64,000 nucleotides of DNA, taken from Candidatus Krumholzibacteriota bacterium (GTDB lineage: Bacteria > Krumholzibacteriota > Krumholzibacteriia > LZORAL124-64-63). The first letter of the stretch is position 1; each line of letters begins with the position of its first letter. Shown in pieces: positions 63,981-64,000 of the stretch. The DNA lies in NCBI GenBank assembly GCA_039714075.1, contig JBDLKA010000001.1, positions 64,001 through 128,000 on the forward strand, in the 5' to 3' direction. Position numbers and translations under genes: made by a program. Below the pieces are notes generated by a model. It worked only from the letters and a program-made list of their open reading frames with translations. It was not told the DNA's origin and searched no databases.

Positions 63981-64000
63981 ATTCCATGTGAACACCATCG

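Overview
High-GC bacterial chromosomal window made mostly of housekeeping genes: trmFO-xerC-hslVU-argF, dapF-dapA-dapB, rpsT, uvrC-xerD-trpS-scpAB-rluB-hisC-aroF-cmk/plsC-rpsA, mtaB-miaB-lapAB, mutS, mutL-miaA, der-plsY-gpsA, surE-pcm, apt, trxA-holA-lptE and an exopolysaccharide cluster, plus five tRNA genes. It spans the replication terminus: a 28-bp dif site (25/28 identical to E. coli dif) at 53997-54024 lies where gene orientation switches from + to -, and both xerC and xerD are in the window. The C-terminal motifs of the secreted proteins suggest an FCB-related candidate lineage such as Krumholzibacteriota/Latescibacterota (inference only). The most unusual signal is that four tRNAs each adjoin a single accessory envelope gene, and some of these genes are bracketed by direct repeats that include the start codon. 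The strongest case is a perfect 14-bp repeat AAATGAATTCCTCG overlapping both the start and the stop codon of an LVIVD-repeat gene, which suggests tRNA-adjacent single-gene cassettes. Other notable items are a paralogous secreted protein pair ending in SFGSVKxLxR, sigma-28-like promoters ahead of a GAF/degenerate-GGDEF gene and the EPS operon, and a 3x11-bp repeat before a MerR-like gene. All calls come from motif reading by eye; no database searches were run, and start codons were adjusted from RBS context.
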